A stretch of DNA of 64,000 nucleotides from an uncultured bacterium. GTDB taxonomy: Bacteria > Zixibacteria > MSB-5A5 > GN15 > FEB-12. The notes beneath the pieces are model-generated. The model had not been told where the DNA came from. It made no database searches and was given only the letters and a program-made list of their open reading frames with translations. The stretch is from assembly GCA_965372795.1 (NCBI GenBank), contig CBDVDR010000003.1:32001-96000 (forward strand), in the 5' to 3' direction. This document shows, piece by piece, positions 10,997-20,994 of the stretch (the first letter of the stretch is position 1; each line of letters begins with the position of its first letter). The position numbers and the translations under genes are program-made.

Positions 10997-11230
10997 ATGA
11001 AAGACTTTATTGATTATATCTGCCGCGCCTTGGTTGACAATCCTGATGAAGTATCAGTTGTAGAAGTTGAAGGTTCGCGTACTGTTGTATACGAACTGCG
11101 GGTCGCCCAGGGTGACCTTGGTAAAGTTATCGGAAAAAGCGGTCAAACGGCTAAATCTATTAGAACTCTGTTAGCAGCCGTTTCTGCCCGTCAGGGTAAA
11201 AGAGCCGTATTGGAAATTTTAGAAGACTAA
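10997..11230 (+). CDS. khpA: KH-domain RNA-binding protein
   Basis: GDLGKVIGKSGQTAKSIR; canonical position between rpsP and rimM. Confidence 0.93.
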   Translation: MKDFIDYICRALVDNPDEVSVVEVEGSRTVVYELRVAQGDLGKVIGKSGQTAKSIRTLLAAVSARQGKRAVLEILED

Positions 11231-11241
11231 TAAATTTTATT

Positions 11242-11760
11242 GTGTCGTCTGGTGATGTTATAGCGGTTGGTAAACTCGGCCGTCCAAGAGGATTAAAAGG
11301 TGAAATTTTTGTCACATTGGGTACTGATTTCCCTGATAGATTCATTGGTATGAAAGAGATCCTGGTCAAGGGAAAAGATGGCTGGGAAAAATACTCAATT
11401 ACCGCATCAAGGATTATTGGCAAACGACCAGTCTTAAAATTTAAAGGTATAAATTCCCCCGAAGATGCTGCCCGGCTTACAAACAGAAAGCTGGGCGTCT
11501 TTCGGGATAATATGGTTGAGCTCGAAGAAGGTACTTTTTTTGTTTTTGATCTCATTGGCTGCGAAGTCCTTGATGAAAAAAGCAATCAGAGGATAGGTAA
11601 GGTTGTTGAGGTAGAACAGAATCCGGCCCATGATATTTATCATGTCAGGATTGATAATGGGGATAAAATTTTGGTTCCGGCGGTTAAACAATTTGTGCGA
11701 AATGTTGATCTTGAAAAAAAACACATAATTGTTGATCTAACCGGATTAGTTGACCAGTAA
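11242..11760 (+). CDS. rimM: Ribosome maturation factor RimM
   Basis: VGKLGRPRGLKGE, FFVFDLIGCEV, ILVPAVKQFV; synteny. Confidence 0.95.
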   Translation: MSSGDVIAVGKLGRPRGLKGEIFVTLGTDFPDRFIGMKEILVKGKDGWEKYSITASRIIGKRPVLKFKGINSPEDAARLTNRKLGVFRDNMVELEEGTFFVFDLIGCEVLDEKSNQRIGKVVEVEQNPAHDIYHVRIDNGDKILVPAVKQFVRNVDLEKKHIIVDLTGLVDQ

Positions 11761-11781
11761 AATGATTGGTCGCTTGAAAAT

Positions 11782-12540
11782 ATGAAAATTGAACTAATAA
11801 CTCTTTTTCCGGAATACTTCAAAATGCCGTTAAGGCAGTCACTCCTGGGAAAAGCGTTAGATAAAAAGCTCTTTGAAATCGAAATAATTGATCTGCGGGA
11901 CTTTGCAACCGACAAGCATAAAACCGTCGACGACACTCCCTATGGCGGTGGTGGCGGAATGGTGATGAAGGTTGAACCGATTGACAGATGTTTGCAGCAC
12001 TTAGGTTATTCTCGACAAAATGAGAAAACCGAAAAGCTGAAAGAGCGGATAATATTAACATCCGCTGCAGGAAAATCATTTGTTCAAAAGACCGCTGTCG
12101 AGTATTCTCTGCTTGATAGAATTTGTATTATCTGCGGGCATTACTTGGGTATTGATGAACGCATTATGCAGCTGTATGATATTGATGAACTATCAATTGG
12201 GGATTACATACTTACCGGAGGAGAACCGGCGGCAATGGTTATGATTGAAGCGGTTGTAAGGTTGATTCCTAAAGTGTTGGGTAATTTTGAGTCGGCTCTG
12301 GATGATTCTTATATGAATCAGATTATCGGGACTCCCTGCTATACTCGACCTGCAGAATTTGATGGAATTAAGGTTCCGAAAGAATTACTTTCCGGGAGCC
12401 ATGTGAATATTAAAAAATTCCGGCGATCCGAAGCGATTAAAAAATGTTTAATTAATCGACCGGATTTATTACTTACTGCCGATTTGGATAAAACGGAGAA
12501 AGAATTGATTAAAAAAGCCGGTTGTAAATTTGAAGATTAA
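11782..12540 (+). CDS. trmD: tRNA (guanine-N1)-methyltransferase
   Basis: VDDTPYGGGGGMV, ICGHYLGIDER, SIGDYILTGGE. Confidence 0.97.
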   Translation: MKIELITLFPEYFKMPLRQSLLGKALDKKLFEIEIIDLRDFATDKHKTVDDTPYGGGGGMVMKVEPIDRCLQHLGYSRQNEKTEKLKERIILTSAAGKSFVQKTAVEYSLLDRICIICGHYLGIDERIMQLYDIDELSIGDYILTGGEPAAMVMIEAVVRLIPKVLGNFESALDDSYMNQIIGTPCYTRPAEFDGIKVPKELLSGSHVNIKKFRRSEAIKKCLINRPDLLLTADLDKTEKELIKKAGCKFED

Positions 12541-12562
12541 GAATAATGAAAGGATATAAAAA

Positions 12563-12997
12563 ATGAAAAGAGTCGCACAAATCGAGAAGTCATACTTGAG
12601 AGATGACCTCCCGGCTTTTAAGTCTGGAGATACTCTCAAAGTGCATGTGAAAATTAAAGAAGGGGACAAAGAACGTATCCAGGTTTTCCAGGGCACCGTT
12701 ATTGGACGTCGTGGCGGCGGAACCGGTGAAACCTTTACGGTTCGCAAAGTTTCCTCAGGTATTGGCGTTGAAAGAGTATTCCCTTTTCACTCACCTAATA
12801 TTGACAAAATTGAACTCCTCCGTTCTGGTAAAGTCAGACGAAGCAAACTTTACTACCTGCGTAATTTGACCGGTAAATCAGCGCGTATTAAAGAACAAAT
12901 TGTTGACCATTCTGCTAAGAAAAAAGTTGCCAAAGCCTCCAAAGCTGAAACAGCTTCTGTTGAAACTAAAACTGCAACTGAAGAGAAATCTGAATAA
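12563..12997 (+). CDS. rplS: 50S ribosomal protein L19
   Basis: [33 protein letters not shown]. Confidence 0.98.
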   Translation: MKRVAQIEKSYLRDDLPAFKSGDTLKVHVKIKEGDKERIQVFQGTVIGRRGGGTGETFTVRKVSSGIGVERVFPFHSPNIDKIELLRSGKVRRSKLYYLRNLTGKSARIKEQIVDHSAKKKVAKASKAETASVETKTATEEKSE

Positions 12998-13017
12998 TTT
13001 TTATTATGCTATAAAGT

Positions 13018-13048
13018 AAAAAAACACCCTTTTTAGGGTGTTTTTTTT
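13018..13048 (+). terminator. Intrinsic terminator after rplS
   Basis: AAAAAAACACCCT-tttt-AGGGTGTTTTTTT. Confidence 0.85.
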
Positions 13049-13130
13049 AAAATTATGACAACAATTCTTTTCAGAAATCTAATTTCTTTCCGATAAAATA
13101 AGTAGATAACTAGCGTTAGAAGGATTTATT

Positions 13131-13517
13131 TTGAACGATCAAATGATACATATAAAACAATGTCCCAATTGTGGAAAAAAGTTTTCAATCAATGACTTTC
13201 TTTACAACAGTGAAATCAAACCAATCGGGATGAAAATTGACGATGATTTATCAATAAATTATTACTTCTTTACACATTCGACAAAAGAATGTGATACTAC
13301 TTTTGCAATAGATGTAACAATATTCAAACAACTAATAACTGAACCAATCCCAGAAAAGCAATTGGCAGAACGAAAAGAATGTGAAGATTATTGTTGTGAT
13401 TTGTATAGTTTGTTAAATTGTAATCAACAATGCAAATTTGAACCATATCGAAAATTATTGAAAAAGATGATTGAAAATCGAACTAAAATAAATAATCCTC
13501 AAGAATCCAAAGCCTGA
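13131..13517 (+). CDS. Cys-rich hypothetical protein (possible metal binding)
   Basis: CPNC, THSTKEC and CEDYCC..C..C motifs; AAGGA RBS before TTG. Confidence 0.65.
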   Translation: MNDQMIHIKQCPNCGKKFSINDFLYNSEIKPIGMKIDDDLSINYYFFTHSTKECDTTFAIDVTIFKQLITEPIPEKQLAERKECEDYCCDLYSLLNCNQQCKFEPYRKLLKKMIENRTKINNPQESKA

Positions 13518-13518
13518 A

Positions 13519-14088
13519 TTACGAACTTAATATTGTAAAAGTTGTATTACCATATTTTCTTACCTGCAAAATTTCAAAACCGGAAAAATTGATTTTTTTT
13601 GTTTCTGATGTATCATGTTGGCACAAAATAATCCCCTCAGAAATTAACAGATTATTTTCTTTTAAAAGCAATAGGGTGCGATCTATCAACCCAACATATT
13701 GAGGCGGGGCAATCATGATAACGTCGTATTTTCTATCTCTGAGTTTAAGATTTGGAATCGCCTCAAATACATCATTGCAAAGACAGGATAAATTACCCGA
13801 AACGCCCATCTTTTTTGCCTGATTATTGATTGAATCGGCAAGCATCCTTTCCAATTCAACTCCGGTTGCTGAAGAAGCATTCCGCGAAACTGCCTCAAAT
13901 AGATAAGAACCGGTCCCGCTGAACAGATCAAGATACGCTGCTTCATCAATATACGGCATCAAAAAGTCAAATATCGACTTACGCAGCCGGCTCAAAGGCG
14001 GTCTGGTAATGCCAAGATCAGGGGCTGTTATGGATTTACCCTTCAAACTTCCGGCAATAATAGAGAATTTAAACTGTTTTTTTGTCAT
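13519..14088 (-). CDS. RsmD-family methyltransferase
   Basis: SIIAGSLKGK, TRP..RLRKSIF, LDLFSGTGS, APPQY, RKYGNT; ATG 14088 preferred to TTG 14115. Confidence 0.85.
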   Translation of the reverse strand: MTKKQFKFSIIAGSLKGKSITAPDLGITRPPLSRLRKSIFDFLMPYIDEAAYLDLFSGTGSYLFEAVSRNASSATGVELERMLADSINNQAKKMGVSGNLSCLCNDVFEAIPNLKLRDRKYDVIMIAPPQYVGLIDRTLLLLKENNLLISEGIILCQHDTSETKKINFSGFEILQVRKYGNTTFTILSS

Positions 14089-14218
14089 ATTTCCCAATTT
14101 TACAATCAATTTCAATTATGATTATATCATATTTTTGCTAATAAAACCAGTTTAAGTAGTCGATAAATTAATAAAGGTTTTTACTTTTTTAAAATTGTTG
14201 ATACGGGTAAGTTAAACT

Positions 14219-14881
14219 ATGCCAAAAAAACAAAAATCAAATATCGTCACAATTGACTTCGATTTTAATCACATCGAAGAGATGCTTATCAAAAAAGACT
14301 ATCAATCTATATGCGGTGTTGACGAGGTCGGACGCGGACCTCTGGCCGGACCGGTTGTGGCTGCTGCTGTGATATTCCCCGATAACTTGATAATTGACGG
14401 GATTGATGATTCTAAAAAACTTTCACCTGCCAAACGCGAAACTCTCTTTGATGAGATCATAAATTCAGGTGCGATATGCTCGATTGGAATTATCGACAAT
14501 GAATGTATTGACAAAATAAATATTCTCAAAGCATCTCTGATGGCAATGCGAAAAGCGGTAATTGATCTAAAAAAAACGCCCGACTTTATTTTGGTCGATG
14601 GCAATTTCACCATCCCCAACATCGACTATCCCCAATTTTCGATTATCAAAGGTGATTCAAGGTGCCACTCAATTGGAGCCGCTTCAATAATTGCCAAAGT
14701 CACCCGCGACCGCATCATGGATAAATACGAAACCCTGTACCCGTCATTCTCGTTCTCAAAACATAAAGGCTATCCAACTGCTGATCATATCAAAGAATTA
14801 AAAGCTAACGGTCCTTTAGATATTCATCGAAAATCTTTTAAACCGGTTGCCGAAATTTATAATCAATATGCCATGCTCTAA
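14219..14881 (+). CDS. rnhB: Ribonuclease HII
   Basis: GVDEVGRGPLAGPV, DDSKKL, IKGD..SIGAASIIAKVTRD, HKGYPT. Confidence 0.97.
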   Translation: MPKKQKSNIVTIDFDFNHIEEMLIKKDYQSICGVDEVGRGPLAGPVVAAAVIFPDNLIIDGIDDSKKLSPAKRETLFDEIINSGAICSIGIIDNECIDKINILKASLMAMRKAVIDLKKTPDFILVDGNFTIPNIDYPQFSIIKGDSRCHSIGAASIIAKVTRDRIMDKYETLYPSFSFSKHKGYPTADHIKELKANGPLDIHRKSFKPVAEIYNQYAML

Positions 14882-15248
14882 ACCTGATTCTGAAAAATCA
14901 AAACGAGTCCAAAAAGGCCGCATGTTTGAAAATGTGGCGGCTAATTATTTGGAAGCCGAAGGTTATGAAATCATCGCCAGAAATTACCAGGCCGGACATA
15001 AAGAGATCGACCTGATTATAAAAAAAGAAAATGAAATTATTTTTGTCGAAGTTAAATCAGCAGCCAATTTGAAATTCGGGCACCCCGCCGAAAGAGTCGA
15101 TGAAAAAAAGAAAAATAACCTGATCAAGGCTGCCCATTATTTTATCGAAGAACATAATATTATAGACTACGACCTGCGTTTTGATGTTATAACATTCTTA
15201 GATGGAAAAATCGAGCATTACCCTAATGCCTTTGAAGCTACTGAATAG
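14868..15248 (+). CDS. YraN family (UPF0102) nuclease-like protein
   Basis: GYEIIARNY, EIDLI, FVEVKS, RFDV; follows rnhB as usual. Confidence 0.92.
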   Translation: MPCSKPDSEKSKRVQKGRMFENVAANYLEAEGYEIIARNYQAGHKEIDLIIKKENEIIFVEVKSAANLKFGHPAERVDEKKKNNLIKAAHYFIEEHNIIDYDLRFDVITFLDGKIEHYPNAFEATE

Positions 15249-15633
15249 TATCAATTACTACCGTTGAATCAACCGTTAGGGTATCATTTATCTGCCTGAT
15301 CGAATCTGCAATTTTATAAAGCGAATCAACACATTTTTTCACCCGGGTTGTAAAAGGATAAAACTCCTCCGACTTTTTTTCATAATGATCAATATATTTT
15401 TTAATCTCATCCGCCTTAATATCCGAAATTTCAAGCAGTGAATCCCGATATTCGATGAACCGTTCAGGATCATTGCGATATTGGGCTGAAGCTATCCAAA
15501 TTTGAGCGGTAATTATGCTGAATTTTTCGGTATCCGATTGTAACTTTAGAGTTTTAGCGGTGTTGTAATAATTGTAAGAATAGGCAACTATTATAATAAC
15601 CACAAAAGGAGCCAGCCTTTTTACCCAGATCAA
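15238..15633 (-). CDS. Hypothetical protein with N-terminal membrane anchor
   Basis: Hydrophobic LAPFVVIIIVAYSY then helical domain; GAGG RBS upstream. Confidence 0.6.
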   Translation of the reverse strand: MIWVKRLAPFVVIIIVAYSYNYYNTAKTLKLQSDTEKFSIITAQIWIASAQYRNDPERFIEYRDSLLEISDIKADEIKKYIDHYEKKSEEFYPFTTRVKKCVDSLYKIADSIRQINDTLTVDSTVVIDTIQ

Positions 15634-15682
15634 AAAAACCTCAACTTTCCGTTGCGTGTTGACGTAGAATTCAATAAACTAT

Positions 15683-16807
15683 ATGCCACCTAACATAGAA
15701 GGTCAAGATATTATTATGGAAATAAATTTCCCGCTTAAAAGACGAAAAAGTAAAACCGTAAAAATCCGCGATCTCATTATTGGTGGCGGCTTTCCTATTG
15801 CAATCCAATCAATGACCACCTCCGACACCCGCGATACCGATGCCACCGTTAAACAAATCAATCAGCTTTTTGATGCTGGCTGTGAAATTGTCCGAATTTC
15901 GGTCTTAAACCATGATGCCAGCAGCCACCTCAAAGCAATCCGCGACCAGGTCGATAATCCTCTTGTAGCCGATATTCATTTCCAGTATAAACTTGCCCTC
16001 AAAGCCATCGAAGCCGGCTTTGACAAAATCCGTATCAATCCCGGCAATATCGGAGCAGAATGGAAAGTCCGCGAGGTCACCAAAGCGGCAAAGGACGCCG
16101 GTGTCCCAATCCGTATCGGGGTCAACTCCGGATCACTCCCTGAAGATGTTGAAAAAGAGTTTGGTCACAACGATCCGAGGGCGTTTGTCGAGGCGGCAAT
16201 GAGAGAGATTCAGATTCTTGAGGATATGAATTTTGAAGATATTATTATCTCGGTAAAATCAACCAGCACCTCAACCGCTTTCTGGGCGTATCACATGCTT
16301 GCCGAAAAATGTAACTACCCGCTCCATATCGGAATCACCGAAGCAGGCACTCTTGATACCGGAACCGTAAAATCATCGGTAGGAATCGGTGCGTTATTAA
16401 TGACTGGTATCGGCGACACCCTTCGGGTGTCATTGTCAGCAGACCCGATTCATGAAGTCCGCGTCGCAAAACAGATTCTAAAATCATGCGAGCTTAAAGA
16501 GGATGGCGTCGAGGTTATCGCTTGCCCGACCTGTGGAAGATGTCAGATCGACATGATCCCGCTTGCCGAATCTATCGAACGCAAAACCAAAAATATCAAA
16601 ACTCCGCTTAAGATTGCGGTGATGGGTTGTGCGGTGAACGGACCGGGCGAGGCGAAGGCTGCTGATGTTGGCATAGCCGGCGGTGATGGGCAGGGGATGC
16701 TTATCAAAAAGGGTCAAATTGTTGCGCGCTTTAAAGAGGATGAACTCGAGCAGAAATTACTCGAAGAGATCGAAGCCATGACCGGCGAAACCCCATTGGG
16801 TGAATAA
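15683..16807 (+). CDS. ispG: (E)-4-hydroxy-3-methylbut-2-enyl-diphosphate synthase (true start may be 15716)
   Basis: IAIQSMT, LVADIHF, RINPGNIG, IRIGVNSGS, ACPTCGR, VMGCAVNGPGE. Confidence 0.97.
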   Translation: MPPNIEGQDIIMEINFPLKRRKSKTVKIRDLIIGGGFPIAIQSMTTSDTRDTDATVKQINQLFDAGCEIVRISVLNHDASSHLKAIRDQVDNPLVADIHFQYKLALKAIEAGFDKIRINPGNIGAEWKVREVTKAAKDAGVPIRIGVNSGSLPEDVEKEFGHNDPRAFVEAAMREIQILEDMNFEDIIISVKSTSTSTAFWAYHMLAEKCNYPLHIGITEAGTLDTGTVKSSVGIGALLMTGIGDTLRVSLSADPIHEVRVAKQILKSCELKEDGVEVIACPTCGRCQIDMIPLAESIERKTKNIKTPLKIAVMGCAVNGPGEAKAADVGIAGGDGQGMLIKKGQIVARFKEDELEQKLLEEIEAMTGETPLGE

Positions 16808-17228
16808 CAGTACCAATTAACTTCTTCAATAATGTAATTACTACACGCTTTTTAACAATCGCTATTGCCTCTACACGATCTATAGTCCTGTTTTCTATCC
16901 TAAAATATTAAACATATCACTTATTTTTCTACCCAATATTCTTATAAGAAGAGACACGCAGCATTACCACATCAAGAGAAGAAACTTATTATGTTGTTAG
17001 ACAATGAGATACGTCTGCGTTGTGATGTTTTACTTAAAATATGATTTTGAAATATTACTTTTTTTAGTATATTGATAGAAGACTGAAACAGACATTTTGA
17101 GCTTGCTTATTGTACTATTATTCAATAAGTTAGTAACTTATTAGTTGAGAAAACCGAATAATATATATACAATAACAGATGGAATTATGAAAACTAAAAT
17201 GGGGTTAAGCTAAAGCTTTTAAAATTAT

Positions 17229-17921
17229 ATGCTGGATTTTTTCGATTATTTATATATTGTAACCGGTGCCCTCGGAGTTGGCAGTGTAATTTCTACCTAC
17301 AATAAATATAAAGGTGAATCCTCACCTAGTTATAGCTATTACGATGATAAACATTTGGTTGCCGACATTGTTATAGAGCTTATTAAAGATTCTAAAGACG
17401 GACATCTGTGGACAATCGCAGGTGAGCTTGATCCGTTGTTTTATATTAAAGTTAAAGATATTATTTTATATCAGATAGATAATCACAATATGTCTGTTTC
17501 TGCGATAGCTGGTCCAAATATTTGCATCGAGGATAAGCTATATGATCAATTTGAAAACAAAGAAATTGAATACTGGCAGGCACACCCGCTACTTGAAGTT
17601 ATCCATAGAAGCAAAAATAAAAATGCATCTTTATATTTAAGAAAAAAAGGTATTTCTTCATTTGAAACACATTGTTTTTGTTCATCGAAAAAAACGAATC
17701 AATGTATTTCAGAAAGAGCTCATATCGAATTAGCGCCTAGTCCGGTTATTCTTGAAGAGGGTTCAAGTTTTGGATACGGGAAGATGTTCGACAGATTTAA
17801 CGATCACATAGAAAATAAGAATGTTGAATTATGGGATCCCGAAAGTGAAAACGCAGCAGATATCAGCAAAACTTTTAAAAGGTATTCTGTATTTTATTCA
17901 GAAGCAAAGCATCTATTATAA
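17229..17921 (+). CDS. Hypothetical protein, N-terminal TM plus possible PLD-like fold
   Basis: 230-aa ORF; IELIKDSK..LWTIAGELDPLFY and VSAIAGP resemble PLD-superfamily topology (weak). Confidence 0.55.
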   Translation: MLDFFDYLYIVTGALGVGSVISTYNKYKGESSPSYSYYDDKHLVADIVIELIKDSKDGHLWTIAGELDPLFYIKVKDIILYQIDNHNMSVSAIAGPNICIEDKLYDQFENKEIEYWQAHPLLEVIHRSKNKNASLYLRKKGISSFETHCFCSSKKTNQCISERAHIELAPSPVILEEGSSFGYGKMFDRFNDHIENKNVELWDPESENAADISKTFKRYSVFYSEAKHLL

Positions 17922-17930
17922 TATCTTTGT

Positions 17931-18530
17931 ATGAAGCATAGTTTAAATAAATTTTTAAATGTATTCGCTATAGTTATATTTTTGGTTATAGTAGTGCCAA
18001 CTTTTGCAAATGCAAATAGCAATGCTGGACAAGTAGTTTCTAAAAATCTTAGTCATATAGTTTCTGATAGTTTATCAAAAGTTATAACAATGTGTTTTGC
18101 GATTATAACTCTGCTTTTAGCTTTTTATGCTCTATTTTCCAATTTTGCAATCCCGGAACATAACGAATTAGGATCATATAAAATAAGAGAATTAAAAATT
18201 TGGCTCCTGCGCCAAAAGTTTTTTTATATGCCCTTCGGAAAAGCTATATTTTTTATAATAGAATTTGTTTTATTCATTTTGCTGGTTTCTATCTTAAATG
18301 ATTTTCTTAGATTTGAGATTGTAAGGAATATTCTTGTGATCCTTCACATGTTCCTATTTATTTTTATTATTCATTTATTTTTTGGAATAAAAAGGGAAAT
18401 TATACCAGCTTATAATCATTCTGAGGCATTAAAAAAACAAGAGGCTAAACTTAGAACAAATTTGACAGAGAAGAATCGTCTTTTACTTTCAAAAATCCTT
18501 GAGTCTGTAAACGAAATTAAAAATAAATAG
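17931..18530 (+). CDS. Hypothetical multi-pass membrane protein
   Basis: About four hydrophobic segments; 9 nt after the previous gene; very AT-rich. Confidence 0.6.
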   Translation: MKHSLNKFLNVFAIVIFLVIVVPTFANANSNAGQVVSKNLSHIVSDSLSKVITMCFAIITLLLAFYALFSNFAIPEHNELGSYKIRELKIWLLRQKFFYMPFGKAIFFIIEFVLFILLVSILNDFLRFEIVRNILVILHMFLFIFIIHLFFGIKREIIPAYNHSEALKKQEAKLRTNLTEKNRLLLSKILESVNEIKNK

Positions 18531-18567
18531 TATTTCTACAGATTTAACCCCGACACAACCAATAACA

Positions 18568-18607
18568 TTCCAAATTCCCCACAGAATCACTGGTGAACCA
18601 AAACTCA
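18568..18607 (+). repeat. 40-bp direct repeat, copy 1 (copy 2 at 19823-19862)
   Basis: TTCCAAATTCCCCACAGAATCACTGGTGAACCAAAACTCA; 37/40 identical to copy 2. Confidence 0.9.
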
Positions 18608-18612
18608 ATCGC

Positions 18613-19653
18613 TTAGTTATTTCCTATATAATCTATTGATTTTTTAATTTGATTTGAGAAATCATCAGGGTATTCATGGCCTATATCCGGAAATATAACT
18701 ATTTTATTGGCAACTGCCATTTTATCAAATATAACTGACATCTCTTTTTGTCTCTCTATAGCCCAATCATTTTCGCCGCATATCATTGAAACTCTTAACC
18801 CGTTTAAACCAGCCGTATAAATTTCATCGGCGCCAAATTCTCTTGGTTTAACTGGAAAGGCAAGTATCAATCCCTGAACCGATATATGATTATTAATAGC
18901 CAAATCAATCGATACCATGCCACCGGCTGATGGTCCGCCAAGAATAACTTTTGAAGTATCAATTAAGTAATCTTCTCTGATTTTATTAAATATATTTTTA
19001 ATATCAGTTTTACCATTTTGCCCAAATCTACGTTTTGAAGAACACTTGAAATTTCTACCCTGCACATATGCTACGATATAGTTTTCGTTCAAAATCGGAG
19101 CTTGCCAATAATGATTTACGGATTGAATACTACCAACTCCACCATGAAAAACCATCAATAGGGGATATCTTTTATTTTCATCATAATTATTTGGTTTTTG
19201 AATATAATATTCAGCCTTTGAATTTTCTTTTTCCTTCTTAACTAATTCGTTATTTTGTTTCAGTAAAGCTGTATATCTTTCATCGTTTTCAAAAGACTTG
19301 GTGTATGTGGGATAAGTACGATCTCTTATTTGAAAGAAAACAGATACCCCTGAATTAATTAATCCTTCACACATTCCGAAATATTTTTCTATTTGTTCCG
19401 GTGTTGAGTATAGAGCTCCTAATTCATGTAATAAGCCTGCTTTTGACAAATTATTATCTGCTTTATAAAAAGCATCTTCAAATATTTTGATTGCGGCATT
19501 TGTGTCTGCCTCAATTATAGGAGCAGTTTTCTCATATAATTCTCGGTATTCAGTATCACTTTCAATTTGTTTTAATTCTTTAATATCCTGACTACAAACG
19601 GTCAAACTCATCGACAATGTACAAATCATAAAAATAGCTAGTTTAACAACCAT
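18613..19653 (-). CDS. Secreted alpha/beta-hydrolase (esterase-like)
   Basis: Signal peptide; YPLLMVFHGG, nucleophile GPSAGG, GEND, GHEYP. Confidence 0.82.
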   Translation of the reverse strand: MVVKLAIFMICTLSMSLTVCSQDIKELKQIESDTEYRELYEKTAPIIEADTNAAIKIFEDAFYKADNNLSKAGLLHELGALYSTPEQIEKYFGMCEGLINSGVSVFFQIRDRTYPTYTKSFENDERYTALLKQNNELVKKEKENSKAEYYIQKPNNYDENKRYPLLMVFHGGVGSIQSVNHYWQAPILNENYIVAYVQGRNFKCSSKRRFGQNGKTDIKNIFNKIREDYLIDTSKVILGGPSAGGMVSIDLAINNHISVQGLILAFPVKPREFGADEIYTAGLNGLRVSMICGENDWAIERQKEMSVIFDKMAVANKIVIFPDIGHEYPDDFSNQIKKSIDYIGNN

Positions 19654-19822
19654 CGTAATTCCTTTAATTATGTGTTAATTAAGATCAAGTACTCATAAAT
19701 TGGATTACGGCATTGATTATAAAAAGTTGCCATCAGAGACTATTTTATATAATAATATTGATAATTAAAATAAGATATTATTTGTGTTGATTTATTATTC
19801 TATATTTTCATTAAGATTTAAT

Positions 19823-19862
19823 TTCCAAATTCCCCACAAATTCACTGGTGATCCAAAACTCA
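19823..19862 (+). repeat. 40-bp direct repeat, copy 2
   Basis: TTCCAAATTCCCCACAAATTCACTGGTGATCCAAAACTCA. Confidence 0.9.
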
Positions 19863-20021
19863 TCTTCAACTATAAAAGGGAACAGTGAGTTATGCCCAAA
19901 ATAGAATCTGTAAGTCCCACTATGAGAGAATCAAACATGAATATAACAACCATACGAAGTGTGTCTTCCATGTTCTGTTGGGTCCTGATTTGCGAAAGGC
20001 AAATTGTGACCCGACAGTTTT

Positions 20022-20049
20022 GTAGGGCGGGATCCCTGTGATCCCGCCA
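20022..20049 (+). repeat. GTAG-type REP-like palindrome
   Basis: GTAG-GGCGGGATC-cctgt-GATCCCGCC-A; related copies at 48452, 51423, 53227 and 53375. Confidence 0.8.
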
Positions 20050-20079
20050 AAAATAAGGAAAACATTAAAAGTGAGCAAA

Positions 20080-20495
20080 CGAACCCAATTGATTGTACTT
20101 ATTTATCTCAGAAAGACTTACAGTGATTATTTGAGTTCACCTACAACGTCAGAATAAACCACACAAAGTGTGTCAGAATAAATCACACGAAGTGTGCGAA
20201 CCCATTTTCGCTGTACAAGGATACAATAGAACAACTTACGAGGAATTATTGATCTTTACATACAACGTCAGAATAAAACACACAACGTGTGCGAACCCAT
20301 TTTCGCTGTACAAGGAAACAACAGAACAACTTACGAGAAATCATTGATCTTTACTTACTACGTTAGAATAAAACACACAAAGTGTGTCAGAATAAATCAC
20401 ACGAAGTGTGCGAAACGAACCCAATTCTCTGTACCATCTTTTGTCTAAAAGAGTTACGAGGAAAAACAGATGAAAAATACACACGAAGTGTGTGT
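20080..20495 (+). repeat. Imperfect tandem repeat, four units (starts 95-124 bp apart)
   Basis: Units start with CGAACCCA at 20080, 20197, 20292 and 20416; each has TGTAC...TTAC and ends in CACACRAMGTGTG. Confidence 0.85.
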
Positions 20496-20547
20496 TGCAC
20501 GTTTAAGTATTTATATTATATTATGTCCATCTAACAAAGGATGAATT

Positions 20548-20994
20548 ATGAATAAAAAAGTTTCATTGATAATATTAATAATCGCTATTGCTATCACAAG
20601 CTGTACCCTCAAATCAACCGACCCCAACGATCAGACACCCCGCCAAAAATGGGAAGCTATGGAACTGGATAATTACGCCCTCGAACAGACTCGCCTATGT
20701 TTTTGTATTGATGGCGGTAGAAAAGCAATTTTGAATATTGCCAACGATTCAATCCTCTCGGGATTTTATGCTGACAACAACGAAGAGATCAATGAATCCT
20801 TTATTGTTAATCATAAATCGGTAACCGAACTGTTTGACTGGCTGGATCACTTGGCTACAATTAGCCCCCATAAACTCGAAGTAGACTATGATTCCTTAAC
20901 CGGTTATCCGACCCGTATTTATGTCGATAAGGTCGAGACAATGGTTGATGAAGAAATAGCGATAGTTACAAAATTGTTAATTCCTGAAAACTAA
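20548..20994 (+). CDS. Lipoprotein, DUF6174-like
   Basis: Lipobox ITSC; KWEA..LDNY...CFC and VDYDSLTGYPTRIYVD..MVDEE. Confidence 0.7.
   Translation: MNKKVSLIILIIAIAITSCTLKSTDPNDQTPRQKWEAMELDNYALEQTRLCFCIDGGRKAILNIANDSILSGFYADNNEEINESFIVNHKSVTELFDWLDHLATISPHKLEVDYDSLTGYPTRIYVDKVETMVDEEIAIVTKLLIPEN

Noticed and set aside
20080..20495. CRISPR array
   Set aside because: Unit lengths are irregular, the interiors of units 2 and 3 are nearly identical rather than unique spacers, and there are no cas genes
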